NCBI GenBank assembly: GCA_002269645.1
Contig: NIVC01001897.1
Span: 51,979-115,978 of the forward strand
Length of the DNA stretch: 64,000 nt
Direction: 5' to 3'
Source of the DNA: Macrostomum lignano
Lineage: Eukaryota
Shown: positions 24,113-36,719 of the stretch, in pieces
Layout of the letters: every line of letters begins with the position of its first letter
Position numbering within the stretch: the first letter of the stretch is position 1
Notes under the pieces: generated by a model
Told to the model about the DNA's origin: nothing
Seen by the model: the letters and a program-made list of their open reading frames with translations, nothing else
The model's database searches: none
Position numbers and translations under genes: made by a program

Positions 24113-26479
24113 TGCTAATATTAAGCCAATATGAGGCCACACAATGCTAAGTTGATATTAGTACAGATTAAATTTAGAAAATTAGTTTACTTGAACTTAT
24201 AAGGCTTTCTCTTTATGACCTCTAGCTGTGAAGTCTTAGCACAGCATGTGCTGATAAATGAAATGAATTAAAGCAGATTATTAACTTCTTTGTTGTTCGC
24301 AGGAAGTGAAAAAAACTTTCTATGAACCGCCAGAATCTTCTAAAACTTAATCAGATACGGCGAAAGTCAAATATCAGTGCTGCAATCGTCATTAAACCCA
24401 GCATTGTTCTCTAAGATCCAATTCAGTCAGCACGGTTTACCTCGAGCTTTAAGCCTCTTGATTAAAATGGCCCAAAAAGTCGCCATGATAAATACGATAT
24501 GAAGTTAGATTGAAATCTTTTTAATCGCCTTACCTCCTTGCCATTCAGCGGAGATGAAATCGGGTCAGAGCTTTGGGAAGATCGGGGAGGTGGAGTTTTC
24601 TAGTTCGAGTCGTTTAAGATACGAACTTTGAATGAACCTTTTTTCAATTTCGACTTCTCACTTTAACTTTTGGCACATTTTGCCAGAGATTGGTCTATTT
24701 TATCAAACTGTTGCTGGGTCCATTAAACCGTTTGACCAACTTAGCAGCCTTGTCAATCCGTCTGGATATGAAACGGGGAACTCTAGTTACAAAGTTGGTT
24801 AGCAAGTTTAGAAATTGGTCATACATCAACCAGAGGCCATGGTTTTAGCACGTCTACCAACCCTTCCATGCTGTATAGTGTGTTGAAGGTGCGAAACAAT
24901 CTCCATTTTTGTTCTATAACCTTCCAAGGTAGTTCTCCCTCTATAGTATTGCGCAACTCTGTGTGGGACTCCGACAACAATGAGAATTAGGGAGCGAAAA
25001 TTCGCACCTTGTGGGAACTCGCAGTGCGTGCCCTTACAGGCCATGGGTATTAATCCTTACCCCGAAGGTTTGACATTTCCAAAATTTTCGATTTTCATTC
25101 ATTCCACAGGTGGTGGCTACGAGGGCGTATGTACAAGCAAAACACTGATTTCAACCCAATTGTATCCGTATTTATGTGTTGAATAGAAATTTTCTAAATG
25201 TCAAAGCTCTCAGGTGTCAATGATATGGCAACATTGCATCAAGTTGAAAATTGAATAGAAAACCTTCATTTCAACATCGATATTCGGCTGTGATGATGCA
25301 ATAATTAGGCATGGATGTTAGTGTTAGCAAATCCTTTGACAAGCAATCTTTATCAATACAATATGCGCAATGCAATTCTTGGCATGGGTACAATCAGAAA
25401 GTCATAATCCTATGATTGCTCTGACATCTCAAAAATTGTTAGAAGAGAGAGATGGAGCCACACGAGCAATGATGCAGCTTTGGGCGCGTGGCCACAGAAT
25501 CTTCACTGCCATGTTTTAGGGCAGCTGGGGTCAGTCAGATGCTGCACGCGACACAATTAACTTGGGGATTATTTTTGGTAAAAGAATGCAACAGGCGGAT
25601 CTGCAATTCGCGTCTTGTGGGATCTCGAACAAGCATCCTCATGGGGGGATCACAGAAGAAGAAATTTGAAATTATCTTGGAGTGGAAGTTTGCTCCAAAT
25701 TCATCGGAAGTCTTCAAAGCCGGAGAGAAGCAGTCAAGTGCTGAGTTGAGTTTGTAATGTTCTGTACGGACATATCGCGTTTAAATAGCATCATCTATTG
25801 GAGTCCGAATGCATATAGGTTTCGACTCAGAAATGGTATTATTAGACATTCTAGAAGAAGTATATGATATTTTTTTACGCACTCAATCGAAATTCACACC
25901 CCTGCTGTAACGTAGTCTCGTGGACTTGCTTGCTTGTAATACACAGTCGTACGCCATGCAGACAGGAACACTGAAGAATCATGTATAACTAACTGGCTGA
26001 TTGATTGACAAGAATCCACGCCTATAACAGATGGCCTATATCGTTGAGAGATCAGCCCTACAGAGCTATTTTATACTGCAAACAACTCACATTTTAGTTC
26101 CGTTAGTTATACACCTTTCGTATCTCAATGGACTATATTACGAGCAATGGAATAGTGGCTGCTTTTTCTGTTTAGTTAATAGTTTCCACTTTAGCTCCTG
26201 CTGAAACTAGCGTGTATGCTTATACGACAAGAATTGGGAACGATTTGGGAACAGCGAAAAAAATCAATTTATTGCTTGTAAAATAGAGCTAAGCTAGCAC
26301 AGGTTCGAGAATTGAGCTATAAATAGTGGAGCTGGGATGATTTAGAACCTTCTGCTGATAGTTACTGAACTGAAGAGAAAGTGAGTTAAAAGCAACAATG
26401 TTTTAGTGGGAAAGTGTATAGAAAAAATCTATACGCTCGTGGCTTTGTGGTGGCAATAAATCATCATCGATATTTTGAC

Positions 26480-27040
26480 AGAGTAGATGAGCTGGGAAAC
26501 TGAATGGCCTATATTTGAGTAGATGAGCTGGGAAACTGAATGGCCTATATTTGAGTAGATGAGCTGGGAAACTGAATGGCCTATATTTGAGTAGATGAGC
26601 TGGGAAACTGAATGGCCTATATTTGAGTAGATGAGCTGGGGAACTGATAACATATTTGTGTAGATGAGCTGGGGAACTGATGACCTATTTGAGTAGATGA
26701 GCTGGGAAACTGATGACCTATTTGAGTAGATGAGTTGGGAAACTGATGACCTATTTGAGTAGATGAGCTGGGGAACTGAATGGCCTATATTTGAGTAGAT
26801 GAGCTGGGAAACTGATGACCTATTTGAGTAGATGAGCTGGGGAACTGATAACATATTTGTGTAGATGAGCTGGGGAACTGATGACCTATTTGAGTAGATG
26901 AGCTGGGAAACTGATGACCTATTTGAGTAGATGAGTTGGGAAACTGATGACCTATTTGAGTAGATGAGCTGGGGAACTGAATGGCCTATATTTGAGTAGA
27001 TGAGCTGGGAAACTGATGACCTATTTGAGTAGATGAGCTT
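26480..27040 (+). repeat. 33/36-bp minisatellite with 201-bp higher-order period
   Basis: Core GAGTAGATGAGCTGGG(A/G)AACTGA plus recurring variants ATGGCCTATATTT / TGACCTATTT / TAACATATTTGT. Confidence 0.95.
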
Positions 27041-27361
27041 AGAATCGAAAAAAATAACTGTACCAATAACTGTAAAAAGAGCTGTAAAACTGAAGGCTAA
27101 CATAAAGGACAGTTATTACACATCTCTAAGTCACAGAAAACAGCTCTCATAGAAATTGCTTTCTAATATTTACCCCAAAATGCCCTCTCAAGAAAGTCGC
27201 ATACAGACCTACAACACACACACGCACGCAAATGCTTGGTTTATGGGAGCAGAACCGACCTCCAGGCCAAACTGATACAAACGGATATTCAAGATCCGAC
27301 GTGCAGCATAGACAACACGCTGACACATTCACAGGGAAAATTATTCAGGGGAGTCATACAT

Positions 27362-27463
<102 letters not shown>

Positions 27464-28544
27464 GAGAAAGGAAAAGTCACAGTTTGCAGACCGCCAAAAC
27501 CACCGTCACCACAGTGCAGTGTCTGGCAACCATGACATGTAGCGCAGCATGAAGGAGGGTCGCATAATGTTCTTGCGGATTGCTCTTGCTCATGCCCATC
27601 TCCATATATTTCCATATTCTCCTTGCTGTCTTTTCGACAACCAGCGAAACACTTACAAAATGGAGAGAGAGAGAGAGAGAAGGAGATAGCTACTTTTCGA
27701 TGCGTTTATTGTATACGTATCGAACCAATATCAGCTTTCAAGCAGTGCTGGGCCTCTACCATATTGCAACTCCCACCCGCCATGCTTGAAGCAGCAACTG
27801 TATGCTGCAGCAACCAAGACTAGCAAAGAGTTGAAGAACACACATATATCGAATTCCTGAGTGTGTGCCATGTGCATGTGATGTCTGGATGATGGCAGTA
27901 ATGCCTGCCTGCACAACCCAAAGCGTTGAAAGCATGCAGCAAAATGGCGAAGGATAGCGAGAAAGAACAGACTGACTGACTGTAGAATTAGGGCATCATT
28001 ATTCAAGTTGGAGAGCTCGTCAAGAAGAGAATAAAATAACAGCATTTGGGAGACAAAAAAGTGGGTCTGTTATGCAAAGAGCAAACATTCAAGCTCGCTG
28101 CTTCTGCGGTAGCTACATATAGGACTTTCCGGTACTAAAGTCTTTCACAGCTAGAGGAAACTGGAGAATAGCGAAAGTTGCTGGCTGCAGCAATGCTTCA
28201 TCGCTAAACACACTGAATTTACTGAATAACAGTGAAGTGATGACAATTTTTCATCGCGAATGCAATTTCTTGACATATAATCCATTCTGTGATGATTATG
28301 ATGACTCTCTGTGTGCCACATTTGAGTTTTCGCCCGGCTCTCAGCCTTCTCCGAATGCAAACCCTTAATCTTTTCTCTCGGCTCCCCGTTGATTCTTATC
28401 AATTTCCTGTCTCGGTAGTCTCTTACCTGTGTAGTTGCCGAATCTTTGTATGCACTCCCCGACCCCTCATTATATTGTGTCACATGCATTTACTTCAACA
28501 CAGATTCTTTCTGTACTTTTTTATTCTCCCTTTCGTTCTCAACT

Positions 28545-31080
28545 CTCACCGGTCCCTATACCCATCTCAGTCTCCTGCTCTTGCTCTCAATTCTCACTGT
28601 GTCTCATATCCATCTCAGTCTCCTGCTCTCGCTCTCAACTCTCACGGTGTCTCATATCCATCTCAGTCTCCTGCTCTCGCTCTCAACTCTCACTGGTCTC
28701 ATATCCATCTCAGTCTCCTGCTCTCGCTCTCAACTCTCACTGGTCTCATATCCATCTCAGTCTCCTGCTCTCGCTCTCAACTCTCACTGGTCTCATATCC
28801 ATCTCAGTCTCCTGCTCTCGCTCTCAACTCTCACTGGCCTCATATCCATCTCAGTCTCCTGCTCTCGCTCTCAACTCTCACTGGTCTCATATCCATCTCA
28901 GTCTCCTGCTCTCGCTCTCAACTCTCACTGGTCTCATATCCATCTCAGTCTCCTGCTCTCGCTCTCAACTCTCACTGGCCTCATATCCATCTCAGTCTCC
29001 TGCTCTCGCTCTCAACTCTCACGGTGTCTCATATCCGCCTCAATCTCCTGCTCTCGCTCTCAACTCTCACGGTGTCTCATATCCGCCTCAATCTCCTGCT
29101 CTCGCTCTCAACTCTCACTGGTCTCATATCCATCTCAGTCTCCTGCTCTCGCTCTCAACTCTCACTGGTCTCATATCCATCTCAGTCTCCTGCTCTCGCT
29201 CTCAACTCTCACTGGTCTCATATCCATCTCAGTCTCCTGCTCTTGCTCTCAACTCTCACTGGCCTCATATCCATCTCAGTCTCCTGCTCTCGCTCTCAAC
29301 TCTCACTGGTCTCATATCCATCTCAGTCTCCTGCTCTCGCTCTCAACTCTCACTGTGTCTCATATCCATCTCAGTCTCCTGCTCTTGCTCTCAACTCTCA
29401 CTGGTCTCATATCCATCTCAGTCTCCTGCTCTCGCTCTCAACTCTCACTGGTCTCATATCCATCTCAGTCTCCTGCTCTCGCTCTCAACTCTCACTGGCC
29501 TCATATCCATCTCAGTCTCCTGCTCTCGCTCTCAACTCTCACTGGTCTCATATCCATCTCAGTCTCCTGCTCTCGCTCTCAACTCTCACTGGTCTCATAT
29601 CCATCTCAGTCCCCTGCTCTTGCTCTCAACTCTCACTGTCTCATATCCGCCTCAATCTCCTGCTCTTGCTCTCAACTCTCACTGTCTCATATCCGCCTCA
29701 ATCTCCTGCTCTTGCTCTCAACTCTCACTGTCTCATATCCGCCTCAATCTCCTGCTCTCGCTCTCAACTCTCACTGTCTCATATCCGCCTCAATCTCCTG
29801 CTCTCGCTCTCAACTCTCACTGTCTCATATCCGCCTCAATCTCCTGCTCTCGATCTCAACTCTCACTGTCTCATATCCATCTCAGTCTCCTGCTCTCGCT
29901 CTCAACTCTCACTGTCTCATATCCATCTCAGTCTCCTGCTCTCGCTCTCAACTCTCACTGGCCTCATATCCATCTCAGTCTCCTGCTCTCGCTCTCAACT
30001 CTCACTGGTCTCATATCCATCTCAGTCTCCTGCTCTCGCTCTCAACTCTCACTGGTCTCATATCCATCTCAGTCTCCTGCTCTCGCTCTCAACTCTCACT
30101 GGCCTCATATCCATCTCAGTCTCCTGCTCTCGCTCTCAACTCTCACGGTGTCTCATATCCGCCTCAATCTCCTGCTCTCGCTCTCAACTCTCACGGTGTC
30201 TCATATCCGCCTCAATCTCCTGCTCTCGCTCTCAACTCTCACTGGTCTCATATCCATCTCAGTCTCCTGCTCTCGCTCTCAACTCTCACTGGTCTCATAT
30301 CCATCTCAGTCTCCTGCTCTCGCTCTCAACTCTCACTGGTCTCATATCCATCTCAGTCTCCTGCTCTTGCTCTCAACTCTCACTGGCCTCATATCCATCT
30401 CAGTCTCCTGCTCTCGCTCTCAACTCTCACTGGTCTCATATCCATCTCAGTCTCCTGCTCTCGCTCTCAACTCTCACTGTGTCTCATATCCATCTCAGTC
30501 TCCTGCTCTTGCTCTCAACTCTCACTGGTCTCATATCCATCTCAGTCTCCTGCTCTCGCTCTCAACTCTCACTGGTCTCATATCCATCTCAGTCTCCTGC
30601 TCTCGCTCTCAACTCTCACTGGCCTCATATCCATCTCAGTCTCCTGCTCTCGCTCTCAACTCTCACTGGTCTCATATCCATCTCAGTCTCCTGCTCTCGC
30701 TCTCAACTCTCACTGGTCTCATATCCATCTCAGTCCCCTGCTCTTGCTCTCAACTCTCACTGTCTCATATCCGCCTCAATCTCCTGCTCTTGCTCTCAAC
30801 TCTCACTGTCTCATATCCGCCTCAATCTCCTGCTCTTGCTCTCAACTCTCACTGTCTCATATCCGCCTCAATCTCCTGCTCTCGCTCTCAACTCTCACTG
30901 TCTCATATCCGCCTCAATCTCCTGCTCTCGCTCTCAACTCTCACTGTCTCATATCCGCCTCAATCTCCTGCTCTCGATCTCAACTCTCACTGTCTCATAT
31001 CCATCTCAGTCTCCTGCTCTCGCTCTCAACTCTCACTGTCTCATATCCGCCTCAATCTCCTGCTCTCGCTCTCAGCTCTC
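28545..31080 (+). repeat. 47-bp satellite (46-48 variants) with 1124-bp higher-order duplication
   Basis: About 54 copies of CTCATATCCATCTCAGTCTCCTGCTCTCGCTCTCAACTCTCACTGGT; rare variants recur 1124 bp apart (CCCC 29611/30735; GATC 29852/30976). Confidence 0.97.
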
Positions 31081-34000
31081 AAACTCCCTACAATGACACA
31101 TTTTAGAATTGAACTTTGCACTGTACAGTGCTATGATGCTATCTTTCTTCTTCAAATCTAAGTCCTTCTAACTTCCCCCAGTCTTCCCCTTTACGTTTAC
31201 ATCACAGAAGTCCTTATTCCAGAAAATGTTTGCTAATCCAACTATAGAAACAGATATAGCCAATGTGATGTGACACGTGCGGTGCAGTCAGTCTGCAATG
31301 GTTTCTGTCTTCTGGCTTGCCTGCCGCACCCACGACCGCCCCGCACGATCCGTTCCCCCGTGAAATGACTTTGCTGGACATTTGGTGTTCTTTCAGAGAG
31401 GCGAATTTCAAATGGTGCATTTGTCACCAATCACCATTCCAGATTCGCGTCCCCAACTGGTGGCTGTTGTCAGCTGCTGCCCTGCTGTTGCTTTTAATAT
31501 GAATTTGTATACCTAATACTAACTAAACCCATATGAATACCTGCCCTGTCCTTGGCTTGCATACAGCTATTAGTACCTTCTGCAAGACTGCTGCGCGTTC
31601 AAACTTCAAACTTCAAAAAGCGTATTTTTGCAGACAACAACCCATGCACCGAACCTATTTCGGTTAAAAAAATTTACTGCGCTATGCAGCCTGTATGCTT
31701 GCATGGTATTGGTGTAACTTGTGTAAGGATGTTATAGGACTTGGTAGGTATATAGTATGTTTATATGCCTGACCCCCCAGCAGCACCAAGCCTTGGATTA
31801 GCAGTTTTTAAAACTGAAACTGCTTGGATTATATATAGTATCATGCATGCATGCATATTGTATAGTCTACTATATTATTGCAGAGTCGGATACTCTGAAT
31901 AGGGAGGGGGATAAGGGATATTAGGATAGGAACGTGTTGACTTGGACAGGATTTTTTCCGCCCTTCCTTGCGTAGTGTTGTGCAGTGTAGTAAGCTCGTC
32001 ATAAATTTCTCCCTATCCCTGGTTTTCAAGGCTTCGGAGGTCGTCTTGACTTAGAAGCTTGAACTTTGGAGGAAAACGAAAATAAAAGCAGATGGGACTG
32101 GGAGCCCAAGTAAAAAGAACAACGGGCTTCTGTCCTGCTAAATTAATTCAGGAGGATACTGCAGCTAGCAGGTTATGGTGTAGTTTGGGCTAATGCCGCT
32201 ACTAATCTAAGTGTTAGAATATAAGCTAACAAAGACCATCAAAGACGAAGACTAGATTCATACAAGTCAGTGACAGAGGTTCAAGTTTCAAGAAGAAAAC
32301 GAGTATTGGCCCAGGGCCCAAACTTCTAATTCCTACCCAAGAAGCTATTTCATTGTCCATCAACTAGATTTTGGCAAATATATTTTGCAAATGTGTCAAA
32401 ACTACATAAGTTAAAGAACTAATCAGAGAATAGGAACTTCTCTGGTTTTGCTCAAGATCCACATTCCCAAGTTAAATCTATCTTCATTCTATTGGTTGGT
32501 GCCGCAGGGCAGAGAATGTATTGGCTGTGGAGAATTGGGGTGGCGGGGAGTTGGGGCTGGCTGGGTGGTGGGTCGCCAATACAATTTAGCGGCTCCCAAC
32601 TTAGTCAGCTTCGGCTCCTGTCCAGCTAGAACCCCCTCCCCCCCCCGACTATTAAATCGGAACCTTTCTCTGGGGGCCTTGCATGCTGTTTACGCCAATT
32701 ATATATACTTTAATTAATTGAACCGAAAAGGACCTCTCTTAAGCTGGACCAAGACATCTTCGGTCGTCCGTTCTTACTTTTATTTTTTACTAAACATTAG
32801 TTTAGTAAAAGGTCCTAATTATATTGAAAATTATCTTAAATCGTAATTACTTTATTGGCCAACCGTCTCGTTTCGTCTGATAAGGCACTCGCAAGGAAGA
32901 AGAAATAGTCCGACTAACTAAACTACTCCAGCTGCTACTTGCTGCTGCTAGACTGCTGCGAAGATAGCGGTTCACGTGATCATCATCATAGTCGGACAAC
33001 AATGTAAGTACTCCACACTTTTAATTAATCGGGATTTCGCCTTTCCCTTTAGGTTAGATCGTTTCTGATTCAGTTCATTTCATTAATCTCGTATGTATAT
33101 TAATTTATACGACTTATAGAAATGACACTGCCAATGACAATTTGACACCCAAAGCAACAAACCAGTTCCTTTTTGTCTTCTTTTACCAGATCTTAATCTT
33201 ATTACGAGTATTATTAATCTATAATAATAGGTATAGTTATAGCCAGTGCCACTTGATTAATAAAAAAATACACCCTGGCAATCCGCCGCACAAATCAATG
33301 ACAAGGATGGTATTAGGTTGGTTAATCTCCGGACTGTAATCTGAGACCAACTTTACTGGCAATTGCTAATCAACAAAAGCAAAGGGAAACGCTTAATAAT
33401 GACAGCCTTGCATTCTCAGTTAGCACGACTCAAACATCGCCTTCTTGAACAACCGACAACCAAGTTTTGTCATTTTTCTGTCTGTCCTACTAACAGTCTC
33501 TGATTTCAAGTAATTAATTAGCCACTGGTAAAAGTGATATTGATTAGGACTAACTTGTAGCTTATATGTACTTTTATTCTAGCCTATTAATAGAATGTAA
33601 ACTTTAGGTAAACGGCTGGAGTAAATTGCAAGGACAAGCTAGAACAGATGCCTCGTCATCTTATTAATCGTTTTTGTAGGATTTTTGTATATTACGCTAA
33701 AATTGACCAACGGAATTATTAGCTCGAATGTGTCATTCAAATTCGAAAAAAATATAATAGCAAAATAAAATGCACCTATTATTAGTGTCCATTCGATTCA
33801 ATTCATTTAAAGTTGAAAATTATTAGACAATAGAAATAGACTGCTGCATCAATCAGCGCCATATGTTTAAGTTTTTCAACAGTCAGTCAAATTTTCAATG
33901 AGTCGATATCCGAGATGCAGAGATAAAGAAAAGTAAGGAATGGACAACTTTAACTAACTAAATATGGTATTGTATTATATTATGTAACGGTTAACAGATT

Positions 34001-34264
34001 GTCAGTGCTTATCGAATATTATCGAGCTCAAGTAATGAGACTGAGATTGAGGCTGGGAGGCTATGGCGGGTGTCGTCTCACCCCATCATCGCTGTTTGTT
34101 ATAAGCATCGCAAACAGTTTATATCAGATAGAACCTTAGATTCCAATTTGACCTACCATATATAAGATTGATATAATAAATTTGGTTATTTAGGTCAAAT
34201 GTCGACTGACGAGGTGGTAAACGAATTTGTTGATACTGTTGAGAAATTGTCGAAGAGTAGTTTG

Positions 34265-34900
34265 AGTTGGGTAGAGAGACGAGAGAGACAGAAGTATGGG
34301 TAGGTACGGTAGGGTAGGGAGACAAGAGAGAGAGACAGAAGTAGATTGGTATAGATAGGGTAGGGAGGGAGACGAGAGAGAGGGACATAGAAGTAGATTG
34401 GTATACCGGTAGATGGGGTAGGGAGGGAGGCGAGAGAGAGAGACAGAAGTAGATTGGTATAGATAGGGTAGGGAGGGAGACGAGAGAGACATAGAAGTAG
34501 ATTGGTATACATAGGGTAGGGAGGGAGACGAGAGAGAGAGAGACAGAAGTAGATTGGTATAGATAGGGTAGGGAGACGAGAGACATAATTTAAGTAGATT
34601 GGTATAGATAGGGTAGGGAGACGAGAGACATAATTTAAGTAGATTGGTATAGATAGGGTAGGGAGGGAGACGAGAGAGAGAGACAGAAGTAGATTGGTAT
34701 AGATAGGGTAGGGAGGGAGACGAGAGAGAGAGACAAAAGTATATTAGTATACATAGGGTAGGGAGGGAGACGAGAGAGACAGAAATAGATGGGTAGATAG
34801 TGTAGGGAGACGAGAGAGAATTACGTAGATGGGTAGCGTAGAGTATGAAGAGAGATGGTGAGAGATGGGTAGAGTAGGGTAGGGAGGTGAGTAGAGTGGA
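34265..34900 (+). repeat. About 50-bp purine-rich minisatellite
   Basis: GAGAGACAGAAGTAGATTGGTATAGATAGGGTAGGGAGGGAGACGA-like units. Confidence 0.9.
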
Positions 34901-35379
34901 GTATTTAGTGGATCCAAAGATTTCTGAAAAGCTCCTATACCAAGCGATATGATCCCTATCTATCAATATATTCCTAAAAATGGCTTTGTCTTTGATGCAA
35001 GATGGGTTTATTATCAGAATACAGTATAAAATTAAAGAGCAAGAAAGGTAAATGCAGGGAGGAGGGCAAACCCAAACGGTTCCATGCAGCCTCCGCGTGG
35101 TGCTGCTTGGTACTCAGCTCAATGAGGCCAGTGTGACTCAAGGCATGCGGCAATACATACCCATACCTACCCACTATCTCAAAGTATGATGCAGAGCTGG
35201 AGACTGGAGCCTGCACCGCATGGAAGTTATTTTGGGGGATGGCTTGATCGCTAGGTACTGTGGGGTCAATTCATACTCACTCAGTACTGTACTTAACCAT
35301 CTCAACACGTATCATCATTCTTCTAGCAAGCCCCAGCCCATTCAAATCAACTGGTTTTATTAGGGGATTTTTAGAATGT

Positions 35380-36300
35380 GAGGATTTCTGCAGATTTCGA
35401 CTATCTGGATTCTGGAATCCCAATTTGGTTTCATAAGTTGTTGTTTGGATCTAGGGATTTATTTGGGATTTGAGAATCTGGGGATTTAGTTGGGGTCAGA
35501 AAATCTGGGGATTTATTCGGGATTTGAGAATCTGGGGATTTAGTTGGGGTCAGAGAATCTGGGGATTTAGTTGGGATTTGAGAATCTGGGGATTTAGTTG
35601 GGGTCAGAGAATCTGGGGATTTAGTTGGGGTCAGAGAATCTGGGGATTTATTTGGGATTTGAGAATCTGGGATCTAGTTGGGATGTGAGAATCAAAGGGA
35701 TTTAGTTGGGATTTAAAAATCTTGGGATTTACTGTAGTTGGGATTTGAGAATCGAAGGGATTAAGTTGGGATTTTAGAATCTGAGGATTTAGTTGGGATT
35801 TGAGAATCTGGGATTTAGTTGGGATTTAAAAATCTTAGGAATTAAAAATCTTGGGGTTTAGTTGGGATTTGAGAATCGAGTTTAGTTGGGATTTAAAAAT
35901 CTAGGGATTTAGTTGGGATTTGAGAATCGAAGGGATTTAGTTGGGATTTGAGAATCTGGGGATTTAGTTGGGATTTGAGAATATGGGATTTAGTTGGGAT
36001 TTAGAACATGGTATTAGTTGGGATTTTAAAATCTGGAGATTCAATTGGGATTTCAGAATTGGAGAGTTGAGTTGGGTTTTCAGAATCTGGGGATTTATTT
36101 GGAATCTTTGAGAATCTAGGGATTTAGTTGTAATTTCAGAATCGAAGGGATTTAGTTGGGAGTTGAGAATCTGGGGATTTACTCGTAGTGGGAATTGAGA
36201 ATCTTGGGATTTAGTTGGGATTTGAGAATCTGGGGATTTACTCGTAGTGGGAATTGAGAATCTTGGGAATTACTTGGGAATTTTTAGTATATGGATTTGA
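35380..36300 (+). repeat. Degenerate GGGATT-family satellite
   Basis: GGGATTTAGTTGGGATTTGAGAATCT-like units. Confidence 0.9.
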
Positions 36301-36719
36301 GAATCTTCTTTTTTCCCCTCTGAATTAGAGGATATTAGAAAATAGAACAGTTAAGATCCTCTGTAAGTCCTTAGTCGGACTCGTGAATATAAAGATTCTA
36401 TATTTGCTCAAAAGCTCGCAAAAGTTCCTTTAATATTGTCATGCCATTGTCAGTCCAAGCGGTGGAGCTGGCTGTGAGCTCAATAGGCCAGAAAACTGCC
36501 GCTTTGAAATGTATTATTTACTCATGCCCACACCCCATACATGACACCGCTTTTCACATGTTCCATAGTTCGCATTCTGACTGCAGAAAAAGTCAACGAA
36601 AGTAAGTAGTCTCCACATGTCACACTGCCGCTTTGCCTGGTTTCATAGTTCCTACTGTTAGCTCTGTCTGCTTCTATTCTTGTTATGTCGGGAATCCAGA
36701 CATCAAGGAGGGGTGGCGG

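Noticed and set aside
26480-27040. CRISPR-like repeat-spacer array
   Set aside because: The variable segments are short and recur (three variants); eukaryotic context and no cas genes. The same applies to the 38.5-39.0 kb array.
28289-31161. ORFs of 886-935 aa
   Set aside because: All three frames cycle through the same 47-mer peptides; artefact of a stop-free strand.
32862-32910. Minus-strand hammerhead ribozyme (..TTGCGAGTGCCTTATCAGACGAAAC..)
   Set aside because: Resembles the schistosome hammerhead spacing but lacks CUGANGA, and stems I and II do not pair.
33122-33140. Twister ribozyme (ACACTGCCAATG match)
   Set aside because: Only a 12-nt match; the downstream conserved pseudoknot elements are absent.
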